The notes under the pieces are model-generated. The model ran no database searches, was not told where the DNA came from, and saw only the letters and a program-made list of their open reading frames with translations. The translations under genes and the position numbers were made by a program. From Girardia tigrina (lineage: Eukaryota): a DNA stretch of 49,238 bases. Shown piece after piece: positions 1 through 12,723 of the stretch (within the stretch, counting starts at the first letter, position 1; each line of letters opens with the position of its first letter). The DNA is taken from contig MQRK01219511.1 of the NCBI GenBank assembly GCA_001938485.1, positions 1-49,238 of the forward strand, written 5' to 3'.

Positions 1-620
1 CCGAATGCCCATTTTCCCCCTACTTAAGTGTTCCGCCCAATCCTCACGTCGCCTGGAAAATCGGACGGAGATAGCACAAGGAAATTCTGTGGATGAATTG
101 CTGGGCCCAAATATGGAGAAATTACTGAAAAATAACACCGGAGCTGTTTTCGTTTATCGAATTCGATTTGTCGTTAAATCTTTCAAATCTTTCACAGAAT
201 ATTTTCACCATTTCAGTATCGATTTGCGAATTGATTGATTCACATTTCGCTTTGTAAAAATTAATCTTATTGGAATAATTTTCTCTATTTAAATCATCGT
301 AAGTTTCATCCAACACCGACATTTTCTGATCACACAGAAACACTGCCGTTTATTTGATTATTTCTATTCAAATTTTGATCTAAAATATATTCGAGTTTGA
401 TAATATCGCTTTATTTAAGTTTATTTTGTGTAGAAATCTCTTCAGATTGACGCTTGAGATCTTTTGTCTTTTTATCTAACTCGATTATTTTCGCATTTTC
501 CATTTCGATATTTCTAATCAATTTTTTGACTTCATAACCTAAATCGCGGATTAGTTTGTCTAATTGGAACATTAATATTTGCGATCAATATATTATCGAT
601 GGATATTTCAAATTCGTTCA
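1..620 (-). pseudogene. Degenerate coiled-coil/gag-like coding relic, truncated by the window edge
   Basis: Minus-strand ORF 122-343 is rich in E/K/N and continues through stops. The downstream frame FSRRREDWAEHLSRG loosely resembles retrotransposon gag N-terminal motifs. Weak. Confidence 0.25.
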
Positions 621-937
621 TAAAATATCAAAAATTTCGATTTGATAGAAAACAATTTCAACGATAATACAAATAATGATAATAATTTAATTTAAAAAGA
701 AAAAATATAATAATTCAAATGTTCGAATCCCGAACATTAATTATTACTCTCTAAATTAACATTTAAACACGCAACTACAGTGTGTTCCAAAAGTCTGTTC
801 GCACCCATTGAAATTTTGATTTATGCTATTTATTAAATTTTTTAATTTGTTTAAATGATTTTAGTAAATTTAAAATTGAAATATCAAGTCCATCTTTTTT
901 TAAGATGAATTAATTAAATGTCTATCTTTTAGATTCA

Positions 938-2010
938 ATGACAACTCGAAATATAGATATAAGGTTTAGGATTATTATTGTAGAATTAATGAACGAGGGT
1001 CATTCAACGGGTCGGATACAAGAAATTATGAAGGTTAGACATGGTATTATTGTTTCAAAGCGGGGCATTAAAAAAATTGTACAATAAGTTCAAGACATTA
1101 GGTACATATGAAGATAAAAAATGTAGTGGACGACCTTCAAAATTACCAAAATGTTCTGAAAGAATTATTCGCCGTATATGCTTGAAAAATAGCGCAAGTA
1201 AAATAACAGGAGCTTTCAATGCAGCTGGAATGATACATGCATCACGAAGTACAGTGAATAGAATTTTGATAAAGTACGGCTTAAAAAGTCATTATGCTGT
1301 TTGCAAGCCTTTATTGAATGGAAAGCAACGAAAAAGAAGAGTGAATGGGCTCGGGATAAACAAAATTGGGACGTCGATAAGTGGTCGAATGTAGTTTTTA
1401 GCACTGAATCTATGTTCCGCACATATAGTCACACTCGTAGCGAACTCGTTAGAAGGTTTGACAATGAAAGGCTTAGTCACATTTGTACTAAGAATCGTTA
1501 GAAGGTTTGACAATGAAAGGCTTAGTCACATTCCAAAACGGTGCCCAAGTTCATGTATGAATGGAATGGGGATCTTTCTCCAGATTTGGTGTTGGTATCT
1601 TAAAACGGATAAAAGGAAATTTAAATTCGAAGAATTATCAAAACTTAATTGTCAATAACATAGACATTACAGGTCAATGCTTGGTTTTCCCTCTTCCAAA
1701 TTTTATATTTCAGCAAGACAATGCGCCTTGCCATCGATCAGCATCAACAGTGTCTTTTTTGAAAACAAAGAAGATAAATATTCTTGATTGGCCTGCCAAC
1801 TCACCAGATGTAAACCCAATTGAGAATTTGTGGGGTATTATAAAGAGAAAAATAAGTAATATGGATACTTTGAATTCAGAGAAAATGTGGATAGAAATAC
1901 AAAAGTTATGGTACAACATACCAAGATCTTTATGTGGTCGACTTGTCGATTGGATGTCGCGAAGGGTGTCTTCAATCATCAAGATGAAATGATACCACAC
2001 AAAATATTAA
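938..2010 (+). pseudogene. Tc1 DD34E transposase pseudogene
   Basis: Starts MTTRNIDIRFR. Motifs GRPSKL, FSTES (first catalytic D mutated) and QQDNAPCH...WPANSPDVNPIENLW with 34 residues between D and E; ends TKY*. Several frameshifts and an internal duplication. Confidence 0.93.
1446..1532 (+). repeat. 38-bp direct duplication inside the Tc1 transposase
   Basis: TCGTTAGAAGGTTTGACAATGAAAGGCTTAGTCACATT at 1446-1483 and 1495-1532, separated by 11 bp. Confidence 0.95.
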
Positions 2011-2895
2011 AAATAACATTTTTATTTGTAAATATAATATTTACTTCCACTTCATCGTCTTTTTACTTAGGAAATTTGTATAAGTGATGATTTTTATGGG
2101 TGCGAACAGACTTTTGGAACGCACTGTGTATCAACTAGCTGTCCCCATTACATTAATCATTGTAACTGAAGCAAACCAAAAACAAATTGAAACAAGTGGC
2201 ATACCGTATATTTTATTTGTAAAATTTAGAGGACAACACTTAGATATGACACAGAATTGAGTCAAGAAAAGTGTAAATCAGTGGTGTGACAAAACTATCG
2301 AATGTAGTTTGCGTTGTACTGTTGAATGCAGTGGTGGTGACAGAAAATTATAACGGTATAATATGGTTATAAAATTTAAAATAGCCTAAAAACTAAAAAT
2401 ATCAAAAATTAAAGTTTACCCATTGTAACACTAATAAAAATACATAATTTCTTTTAACAAACCACTATTTTAATTGGGAAAATTTATAAAAATAAATTAC
2501 TGAAATATTTTTATTTACGTTGATTTCATCAATAAATTTGTCAATCAATTTTTATGTAAAAGTCACTCAAAGATAAACCAGCGAATCACCAGCTTAATGA
2601 CTTAGTTTAAAAATGACCTTGTACGGCATTTTTTTGTATTTTGATGCGGCTGCGAAAATTCGAATTTCACGCTTGAATATTGAATTTGCTTAGAGACTAA
2701 ATAAAAATCGGAACGATATATCGTTCATGTGCCGCTGAGATTTCTCCAGCACATAATTATGTTAGTGACTGATGTCGCAGAAATGTATGAAAAGTTAGAG
2801 ACAATTCGGACAACCAGATGTCTAATTCAAGAGGAGATGATTGTTAATTACATTGTTTGATGGATGTGTTGGTGAAGGCTTATGGATCACTTATA

Positions 2896-4177
2896 TTGTG
2901 TTGGCCAAAAAGTCATTGTGTTTTTGAGTATGTCATAATAAAAAGCTTGTAAATATAAAACGATGTGATAAAATTTAAATTCAATTATATATTCTAAAAC
3001 CTTAATTTTCAGACTATGTTTATACAAAATATTAATTGATTTTGTTTTAATTTATTACTTTCCCGTCAATTCGAAATGGAAAATCAAAATGAGCATATTC
3101 GTCATGTTTTATTGCATTATTTTCGCAAAAGGAAAACCGCTGTGCAAGCTCATAAGAAGATATGTTTTGTATATGGTAGTGACTCCTTAAAACTTCGACA
3201 GTGTCAAATCTGGTTTTCTAAATTTCGTTCTGAAAAATTTCATCTGAAAGATGCACCACGTTCCGGTCGACCAGTTGAAGTTGACGGCGACAAAATAACA
3301 GCACTGTTCAAATCTAATCCACATATGACGACAAGAGAAGTTGCAGAGACTCTAGAAATATCAAAATCAAGTGTTGGAAGTCATTTAAAGAAACTTGGAT
3401 TCGTTAGTAAACTCGATATGTGGTTACCACATGAACTGAAAGAAATTCATTAGGTGAAACGTATAGACATTTGCGATTCCTTTTTGAAGCGAGAACAAAG
3501 TGATCCATTTTTGAAGCGCTTGATTACGGGTGACGAAAACTGGATTGTTCACAACAATGTGGAACGCCGATCATGGAAAAAACGTGATGAGCCTGCCAAA
3601 ACGATCCCAAAAGCAGAAATTCACCAAAAGAAGGTTATGCTTTCCGTCTGGTGGGATTTTAAAGAAATTGTGTTTTTTGAACTCCTTCTGAGGAATGAAA
3701 CCATCAATTCAGACAGATATTGTGGTCAGCTGGAGAAATTGACTCATTCAATTCAACAGGAACCTCCTGAATTGGCAAATCGAAAAGGAGTTGTAATTCA
3801 GCATGATAACGCAAGACCGCATACAAGTTTGAACACTCGCCAGAAACTCTGATCACTTAGTTGGGAGGTTTTGCCGCACTCATCGTATTCTCCAGACTTG
3901 GCCCCATCGAATTTTCACTTATTTAGATCACTGCAGAATTCCTTAAACAGAAAAAAACATTCGCCAGTGATGATGAAATGAAATGGTTCCTAGACGGCTT
4001 TTTTGCTGACAAAGGCAAAGGTTTTTATGAATCAGGAATAATGAAGCTACCGGAAAGGTAGAAGAAAGTGATTGAAAATAATGGACAGTATATCGTGTAA
4101 AAATATTTGTGTATCCATGTCATTTTTTGATAATAAATATTTTAGTAAAAAATGCAATGACTTTTTGGCCAACCCAA
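2896..4177 (+). mobile_element. Mariner element, probably mellifera subfamily, full length, defective
   Basis: ~30-bp TIRs TTG(T/G)GTTGGCCAAAAAGTCATTG. TA TSD at 2894-95 and 4178-79. Length 1282 bp, typical of mariners. Confidence 0.95.
3076..4100 (+). pseudogene. Mariner transposase pseudogene
   Basis: N-terminus MENQNEHIRHVLLHYFRK resembles Ammar1. Motifs WLPHEL, ITGDENW, HDNARPH and YSPDLAPSNF (third D to N). In-frame stops at 3451 and 3850, a frameshift near 3955 and a stop near 4059. Confidence 0.95.
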
Positions 4178-4545
4178 TATGTTTGAGGGAAATAGACAAC
4201 CAATAGGTGCTGTTTTAGATAAGTGATAATTTAATACAGTAGTTCATTGCGAACAGAGTGTTGGGTATTCAGTGAAATTAACCTTTTAACTCTCTTGAGT
4301 TTTATATTATCGACAAGTAATTTGTCTTTGAGATTATCTTTAAGTATTATTTTTATTCAATGGTTAAATATTCGATGATTAAAACAATCAAATAATTTTA
4401 TGTCGAAAAAAATTCTTTATCCAATTTAAATTTTATATTTTCTAATTTTTTTTATTATTTCCACCTTCACAATATCTTTCTAACTTGTTTATAAATATGT
4501 AATATGATTTCTTTGTTTAATATATAAATAATCTACGGGAAATTA

Positions 4546-5500
4546 TGTTTCTGTTCCGGTTCGCGGCACTAATTTGTAAGTTTTGATAAATGTGAAAGTA
4601 AAATATTACTATTAATAAATTATTAATAATAATTGAAAGAGAATAATTAAATAACAAACAAGGAAATATTTTTTTAATACTTTTATTAATTTACAATAAA
4701 ATACAACTAGATTCACCAACAATAAAATTTATGAAACTTAATCAAAAGCTGTTACTTAAAAAGGAATCACCAATGCTGGTTAATCCTTGATAATGACAGT
4801 GGATAATATAAATTACTGAGTTTAAAAATATAATAAGGAATTAATGATTTTAAGAATATTGATTTTAATTAAATAATATTAATAATGAAGGAAAATTGTG
4901 ATCACTTGAAGGAGCAAGATAATTATCAAATGTAGATTAGTCCTACTTCTTAAATTGACTGTTCTCATTTCCTGTTCGTTCGGCTTTTCGTCTCTTTTGT
5001 CAATTGATTTTTTCCGTCATATATCTCTGCAAGAGATAGTTCCGTGTCTTGGATTCGTTTATTTGAGAATTAAAATTCGTTCTTGTTAAATTTTAATTGA
5101 ATATTGAAACTTTTATGATTTTTGACGTATTTCCATATTTATTTCATATAATATCTTAAATCCTGTGTGGTCGCTTTGTTTGTGTTATTGATCACTATTT
5201 TTTATCTCAATTGATGAGAATTAACTTTGGATCGACCTCTAAATAATATGGTGACATAACTTTAAATTTTAACTTTAATAGTACTTTTACAATTAATTAA
5301 AATTGACCTTTTAAATAACCTTCTCATTTCTTTTAATTAATTATTCTTTAGTTATTCTTTCTTATTCTCCTGATATCTTTCTCCTTCTTTAATAAGTAAA
5401 TGACCTTCCCTTTTCTTTCTCCTTCTTTTATAAATAATTAGATACAAAAAATAAATACAATAAATTAATTAAATTCACACTTTTCTTTATACATAAAATA
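4546..5500. mobile_element. Possible solo-LTR-like element related to 14166-14923
   Basis: Starts TGTT and shares AT-rich motifs with the 14.2-kb LTR (AACAAG(G/A)A..ATTTTT near the left end; AATACAA..ATTCACA..TTCTT(T)ATAC near the right end). No TSD found; boundaries approximate. Confidence 0.3.
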
Positions 5501-6289
5501 TATTTTTTTATAAAAAAAATAAATTATTTTTCCACATAACCCAACAGTACATATTGTCAACCGATGGACAAGTATATGAGGCACAGTGAATACGCAGCGG
5601 TTTCTGACACTTTGCAGGTTTGAATAGGCCTATCAGATTTACATTGACGACATGGTCGTCTACTACCTGTGAAAGCAACTGTTGGCTATATCACTTCCAT
5701 TGAACCCAAACGAATGTTTCCACAATTCTCTCTGCTACCTGAATGACAGAATAAACAATAAGAGAATAATATTCAGTATACAACTACATACAATAAATTG
5801 ATTATCTTCACGGAGTTCTGCACCAAGCCTTTCTAGAAATTTTCGTCTTTTGGCGTGTGGTTCGTTATTGAATATTCGCCAAATGATGAATGCATTGAGT
5901 GCGGAAACGTCAAGCATATGTTGGAAAACACACATTCGCCAACGTAAGAACGTTTGCGAGTTGTGTAGAATGTACACATATTACAGTGGAACCCCGTTAT
6001 AACGAAGGAATTTTGTAGTCCCTGCTGCAACCTACATGTTTCAATGTATTTTCCCTCCCGTTATAACGAACCCCGCTATAACGAAAACCCCGTTATTGCG
6101 AAGAAAAAATGGCCCAAAATGTGAAAAATTGACCTCGTTATAACGAAGTCAATGCTGCTCCTATGGAAGCAACCATATGAATAAATTGCATTTCTGGGTG
6201 TGTGAGTTTTCAGTAATAGAGACGTCAGTGTCTGTCGTCAACTGACAGAGACAAAAATATCTTGTTCAATCAGAATAAGGTTTGAGTGG

Positions 6290-6745
6290 ATTAGTGAGGG
6301 ATAGATTGTTGTTATGGCGTGCCATTGCTCTCTATTCTCATTTGAAAAAGGTGGGTTATTTGAATTACGATAAACCGAAGCTTGGATACTGTCCCTCAAA
6401 ATAAGGTTTTCCAGAGCGAACACAAATTACAATTTCCTTTTCTTAATCCAATTATCGCAACTGGATCCGCGAGTTCATGTTTCATTGATGGATGTGGGTG
6501 AGTGAGTATTAAACTGTTGTTATGGCCGAGCCATCGTTGTCTGTACTCATTTGATAAAATGCGAGTTGATTGATATCGTAACGATGGCTTACAGGCTTGG
6601 CTACAGTTCCTTAAAATATGGGTTTCAAGGCAATCACAAATACCATTTCATTTTTTTCTGAAAGCAATAATCGAAGCTAATGCGATAAGTTGTAATCTTT
6701 TAATAGAAGCGGGCTAGACTGTTGTTATGGCTTAGCTCATGTTTC
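6290..6745 (+). repeat. ~207-bp degenerate tandem repeat (about 2.2 units) in the Tigger 5' non-coding region
   Basis: TGTTGTTATGGC anchors at ~6307, ~6515 and ~6720. Units 1 and 2 align over CTCATTTGA..GCTTGG..AAAATA.GG.TT..CACAAAT. Confidence 0.75.
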
Positions 6746-6865
6746 TTAATTGAGACAGGAGGGTAGGATAGGTTTTTTTTGCTGTGTCTACGGGTTTGTC
6801 TGGTTAGCCTGTCTCGATTATTTAAGAGATGTTGTGTTTGACGAGTGCATTATTTTCTGATTGCC

Positions 6866-8511
6866 ATGGACCAAAGTCGACCACGTAAAAGAAAAGCATT
6901 AGACTTGAAAGAGAAATTCTCTATATTAGAAGATATGGACAAGGGGATAAAGAAAAATGAAATCGCCTCTCACTACAACATCCCTCCTAGTACTCTCTCC
7001 ACCATCATCAAGCAAAGAGAGGCTATTCTCTCTGAATGGGAAAATGTGGATCTACAGGACGCAAAAAACTGCGCTCAAGTCCAGTCGAAGATGTTGAGCA
7101 TGCTTTAGAAACATGGTTTACCCAGCAGCGGGCATTCAATATTCCAATCTCTGGTGTGATTCTTGCAGAGAAAGCGAGGGAATTCGCATGTGCTTTGAAA
7201 TTTCCAGACTTTAAAGCAAGCAATGGCTTCTTGGATCTCTTCAAAAAGAGGCATGAATTGACGTCCCGTACTGTGTCTGGAGAAGCTATGGGAGCTAATG
7301 AAGACGCTGCTATCGCATGGAGACAAAATGTATTCCCGACCTACATACAGTGTTACAATGAAAACGACATCTACAACGCTGATGAAACTGGTTTGTTTTA
7401 CTAATGTCTCCCCAACCAAACACTTGCTCTGAAAGGTGAAAAATACATTGGTGGAAAAATTAGCAAACGCAGAGTTACCATACTGCTCTGCACGAATATG
7501 ACAGGAACAGACAAAAGAAAATTGCTTCTTATTGGCAACTCTCAGAAACCATGCTGCTTCAAAAACATCAAAAAAGAATCTCTCCCCGTGACATATTGCA
7601 GTAACAGAAAAGCGTGGATGGATTCTGAGACATGGAAACAGTGGTTGAGCAAATTAGACGCCGATATGATGCGAGCTGGAAGAAAAGTGCTATTAATTGT
7701 GGATAATGTATCTAGCCACAAGACCTTAGCAGTCACAAACCTGCATGCCATTGAGCTTGCTTTCCTACCTCCCGCAACAACCAGCCATATTCAACCTCTA
7801 GATCAAGGTATTATAAAGACCTTCAAGACGATATACAGATCCAAAATTCTTCGCCGTCTTCTCCTTTTGGTGGAAGCAAAAAAGGATCTTCAGTCGTTTG
7901 GCCATAATCTTTGACTGTGTTCAACTTTCGTCTCGTGCTTGGAGTGAAGTGGATACACAGACAATCGTCAATTGTTTTCATAATGTTGGTTTCCAACACG
8001 ACCCATTTCCAGAAACAATTGATAATTCTGCTACAGGGACATCTGAATCCACTCTAAATGAGACTAGGAACATTTTCACATTCCTCGCCAACAACTTTGG
8101 AATGGANNNNNNNNNNGAGGACTTCTTGGGAGTGGACGAACTTGTGTCAACGGAAGGTATCCTTCAGGATTCCGAGATTCTCGAAAAGGTTGGTAAATAC
8201 TGTAACAGCATGTGTCAAATATTGTATGATGTCGTAATTTTTTGTTTCTGTAGATTCGTCCTGGCTCCTGTGTTGAGGATGAGCAATCAGATGGTGACGA
8301 TATGGAGGAAAACGTTCCACCCGTGATCCTTGCGTCTATGTTAGAAAGCTTGACTACACTTCGACGCTACTGTGCCGAGCGAGGACTGTACGTTTTACAA
8401 CCCTTGGAAATTGTAGAGAAGGCTGTGGCTACGAGTTACATATCTCGTCAGTCAAAAATAACCGATTTTTTCCCTATATCTACTAAAAATGATCATTTGG
8501 TGTTGTTTTGA
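6866..8511 (+). pseudogene. pogo/Tigger (CENP-B-like) transposase pseudogene, DD32D
   Basis: HTH_psq-like RKRKALDLKEK, CENP-B-type HTH (FKASNGFL), NADETGLFY, DNVSSH...QPLDQG with 32-aa spacing, and a C-terminal PIP-box-like QSKITDFF. Frameshifts near 7035 and 7900; stop at 7402. Confidence 0.93.
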
Positions 8512-10899
8512 CAAAAAGGTTTTATTAAAATAGTTTTCTTATTTCTGATGTTTTGTCATAATTCTTGTGTGAATAAATGACAAATTTTTGTACCAATCTT
8601 TTTCTCAGGTACAAAATAAGAGGCTTTTTGGTTGAATACATGTGGGAACAACTAGTTTGCATCGAAGAAATGAGGTTTAGATGAGTTTACATATAGTTAT
8701 AGGCTGGGGTCAGCGTATGACCCCACAAAACCTGAGTGTGATTTTTNNNNNNNNNNNNNNNNNNNNNNNNNNNNNNNNNNNNNNNNNNNNNNNNNNNNNN
8801 NNNNNNNNNNNNNNNNNNNNNNNNNNNNNNNNNNNNNNNNNNNNNNNNNNNNNNNNNNNNNNNNNNNNNNNNNNNNNNNNNNNNNNNNNNNNNNNNNGCT
8901 GACCCCAGAGACCCTCTAAGGGTTAAAACAGGTTGCTTCTCGCTATAACGAAACCTCGTTATAACGAAGAAATTTCTCGGTCCCGTGCACTTCGTTATAA
9001 CGGGGTTCCACTGTATCAAGTTTGTCAACTTCTGCTTTATTTATGTTGTATGTGAGAATGACTTTAGGTTTTCCACTTGCTTGGTCAATGTTTTTTTGAT
9101 TGTGTTCTCTAACAACTCAGAACTCGTAAACTATGGAATTGTTCAATTGAAGATAAAAATCGAAAAAATACAGACAAAGTTAGAATTTTTGTAGTCAAAG
9201 ATCCTGAATTTATCTCAAGAATGAACTTTTTAAATAAATTCAAAATAAAATTGAAAAAGTAATCAAGATACCGTGAAGAAGTACTATTAATTATTGGTTC
9301 TCCCTTTTACAAGCCACTCATGCTTTTTTCTTCAATTTTGTAAAAAGATTATTCCAAGCCACTAACTTATTACATGCCACGAGATGATATATTTTACAAA
9401 GAAAGACTAAAAAGAATAAACAAAATAGCCAAATAAGGATTTGCCAATCACACATTTTTTACTGGTAAATTGTTCTGGTAGTTCAAGCCGATTCTTTTGG
9501 ATAGTCCCAATCAATCCTAAATCCTGACCTCGCAGTTCTCGGACCAATGAAAGAGATGCAAAAATATCTGTCACAACAGTGCTACCTGTATCTAACTTTT
9601 CCGAGAGGTCCAAATTATTATTCCACCAGTGTTGCTAGTTTGTACTGATTGAATATTTCAATCACTACCACGTTTTCAGATTCCTTGAACCTTCCTGTAA
9701 TTAGGTGAAAGAAGGTCTCTTCCTTGCACATGTTGTTTTGATGTTGATAATGTAGATTTGTTATTCAAAGAGCTAAGGTTTTGAGCTCTGATTCGTTGCG
9801 TCAATGGTGATCGACATTCATATTTATCATCATCTTCATCACTCTCTACACTTTTGTTTCTTAAATTATACTGCTGGAATGTTCTTGGCATTTTAAAATT
9901 AATTTACAGTATTAATATGAGCATCACTTAAAATTAGGCAATAAACGTGAGATATTTTCAGTAAAGATAAGATTACAGTCAGTTGACATTTACCTAAGCT
10001 GTCTTATGCATAAAATATTAGCATACTATAACAATGATGCCTCAAGCGTTTAATATGAGAAAAAGAGTGTTATGTTTAAATATATTATGGATGAAAGATA
10101 AAAATTTATTGAGATTTATTTAAAAAAGTGCTGCCTTCAATAAATATTCACGACTAAAGTTCACTAGTTGTAAGAGACGTATAAAGACCAAAAATCACGG
10201 GATTCTCGGTTGAATGAAAACATAAAGCAATGCATGAACGATGACTTATAATGGATAAAACATTATAAATATGAAAATTATTGATTTGATGGATTATTAA
10301 TTTAATACTATTGTCTCGGATTTTCTAAAACTTCAATAATGTTAAAAATTTCAGAATTTTATTTTACAAATTTAATAAAGTTTGAGCTGATTTTTTTTCA
10401 CTTTTATAACTTAAATTCAAAAAAATGTTTTTCATTTACAGAATTAGAATATTAAATTTGATTAATCACAATTATAAGAGTGAAAAAATCTATCAAATGA
10501 CTGAAGGATTTCTACTGTGGCTAATTCGTCCATTGAAGACGCCAACGTAATTTTTTCTATCCGGTGTTTAAGGGTTACCATCACAACTCGAATTGCCTCC
10601 AGGATGATTTTCCACAAAATTTTCACAGAAATCGAATTTGATTGATAAATTTTAATACTATTTCTAAAATTTTAATTATTTAAACAAATTTAAATTACAA
10701 AATAATTTTCCAAAATATTTTAATTTATTTTAAATATATTAAATATATACTAGGACATAATCATCTATATTTATTGATTAGAATTTATTAAAATTTAATT
10801 TTAAAGTTATTATTTACATTTTTAAATTGTCCGAGTAAACATCAAAAAAACAATCTCCCACTGGATGGGAGAAACACAATCCTAAAAGCAACATACAAT

Positions 10900-11585
10900 A
10901 AACACAATTTGAAAACATTACTCAAAGGATCAGCAGAAGCTTTTAGGTGAAAGGATTTTGTAAAGCAATAAGAAAGTAAATGACAGAATGTTTGTATTGT
11001 AAACGAGAAAATTCAAAAAGCGGAGTCCAAATTATGGCGCCCTTGCCAAGTTTCCGAGTTGCTTGACCTTGCAAGCTATTTGTGCATGTGTTGGTTGACT
11101 ATTCCGGCCCAATGGAGATAAAAATTGGCACGACGGAGTAAAAGAGGTAAAAGATACATCTGCGTGTTCAGCTGACTGCAGACTAAAGCGATGCATCTAT
11201 AGGTGGCGAATAGATTAAAAACAAGTGCATTCCAACGAGTTCTCAGGCGAATGATCGGAAAGAGGAAGACCAAAGTTAATTGTCTCAGATAACGGAACGA
11301 ATTTCGTTGGGGCGTTGAGACCAATGCAGGATATGGTGGTAAAGGTCTACAAAGTTGATAGTTTAGAAAGAAGTTCTGGCATTAAATGGATATTCAACTC
11401 GATGGCAACACCGTATTTCAACTGAGAGTATAAGATCGTGGTGAAGCTCAAAAGGGCGTTCTGAATCATATTTTGGCTTGCAGAGATTACAGAGACAGAT
11501 GAGATATTGAATTCCGGGCCGTTATGTTAGAATAATAGTGATCCCACAGATAACATCGTATTAACACCAAATTGCTTTCTGTTTA
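10900..11585 (+). pseudogene. BEL/Pao LTR-retrotransposon integrase relic
   Basis: Across stops and frameshifts: C..CKR..QIMAPLPSFR..VDYSGP..KRYICVFS..TKAMHL..LIVSDNGTNFVGA..LNSGPL..DPTD..LTPNCFL. Confidence 0.88.
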
Positions 11586-11600
11586 ATGTTTAAATCTTAA

Positions 11601-12511
11601 CACGTTGACGGACAGTTGCGTCTATAGCCGTCAAGTTCAAGTTCACTATGTGACATGACGGCAATAGCCGTCCAATACGAAACGGTCGTTTTTAGACACT
11701 GCGGCTGTAGCAGCACAAATGTGCATTTACCAGCGTACAAGTAGAAGCCTAGTGTCATGTTTTCGAAAAAAAATTTAGTATGCAATGTCCTGCACCATGC
11801 TTTGAAACATGGCATACCGAAAATAATGTATAATAATTATAAAATTATAATAAATTTATTTGTCATTTATTTNNNNNNNNNNNNNNNNNNNNNNNNNNNN
11901 NNNNNNNNNNNNNNAAAAATACTTTGTTGCTCACAAAAAATTGTTTATTTCAGTCATTAAACCTGTCATTTACGTTTTTAAATTTTTGCTGTTATAGCCG
12001 CCATCGTCCCATTACATAGTGTCTAGAGTCCGCTGGTGCCATGACGGTTGTAGCCGCAACCTAATTAAAGGTGCTGAATTAATCAAAATTAAGTGTATTT
12101 AANNNNNNNNNNNNNNNNNNNNNNNNNNNNNNNNNNNNNNNNNNNNNNNNNNAATTATAATAAATTTATTTGTCATTTATTTATTTTTGTTTGATCATGA
12201 ACTAACATTTCGTGTAAAACTCCCAAAAATACTTTGTTGCTCACAAAAAATTGTTTATTTCAGTCATTAAACCTGTNNNNNNNNNNNNNNNNNNNNNNNN
12301 NNNNNNNNNNNNNNNNNNNNNNNNNNNNNNNNNNNNNNNNNNNNNNNNNNNNNNNNNNNNNNNNNNNNNNNNNNNNNNNNNNNNNNNAATTAATCAAAAT
12401 TAAGTGTATTTAAGCAGAAAGAGTAAAACTATACTTCTAATATTCTAAAAATTACAAAAACATATAGTGTCAATTTTCGAATTTCACTTGTTTCTACTGT
12501 CCGTCAACGTG
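11601..12511. mobile_element. Non-autonomous piggyBac-type MITE
   Basis: Perfect 16-bp TIRs CACGTTGACGGACAGT. TTAA TSD at 11597-600 and 12512-15. No coding capacity. The interior has repeated blocks and N gaps. Confidence 0.9.
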
Positions 12512-12723
12512 TTAAATTCTCATTTTAAATTAAAATCCTTTTAAATCCTAAAATTTATAAAACAAATTTTAATTAATAAAATTAAAAAAATTGTGAGCCG
12601 TCAAAAATGCTAACACGAGCGTAGAAATAAAAACAAGTTCATTTATTGAGAAAAATATATTTTGTAAAAGTAGAAAACACCAAAAATAATAATCAGAATC
12701 GTTTTGATAATTTAAAAAAATAT

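Larger units (their letters stand above)
778..2126 (+). mobile_element. Tc1-family DNA transposon, full length, defective
   Basis: 31-bp TIRs CAGTG(T/C)GTTCCAAAAGTCTGTTCGCACCCAT at 778-808 and 2096-2126 with 1 mismatch. TA precedes the left end; TG follows the right end. Confidence 0.95.
5984..9013 (+). mobile_element. pogo/Tigger DNA transposon
   Basis: Perfect 24-bp TIRs CAGTGGAACCCCGTTATAACGAAG. TA TSD at 5982-83 and 9014-15. Subterminal palindromic CGTTATAACG repeats at both ends. Confidence 0.96.
5560..9900 (-). pseudogene. piggyBac transposase relic, split by a Tigger insertion at 5984-9013
   Basis: VVTDIFASLSL..GTIQKNRLELP at 9407-9613. KPKVILTYNINKAEVDKLD|NMCTFYTTRKR..RWRMCVFQHMLDVSALNAFIIW reads across the insertion. 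Cys-rich C-terminus PCRQCK..TCK near 5600-5660. Putative 53-bp intron at 5739-5791. Outer limits approximate. Confidence 0.85.

Noticed and set aside
5984-6150. Regularly repeated CGTTATAACG motifs (and TATATTGAACAC at 45950-46080) as a CRISPR-like array
   Set aside because: These are subterminal repeats of pogo/Tigger elements with irregular spacing, in a eukaryotic context with no cas genes.
7379-7390. CTGATGA..GAAA hammerhead-like core
   Set aside because: It is the ADET codons of the transposase and has no flanking stems.
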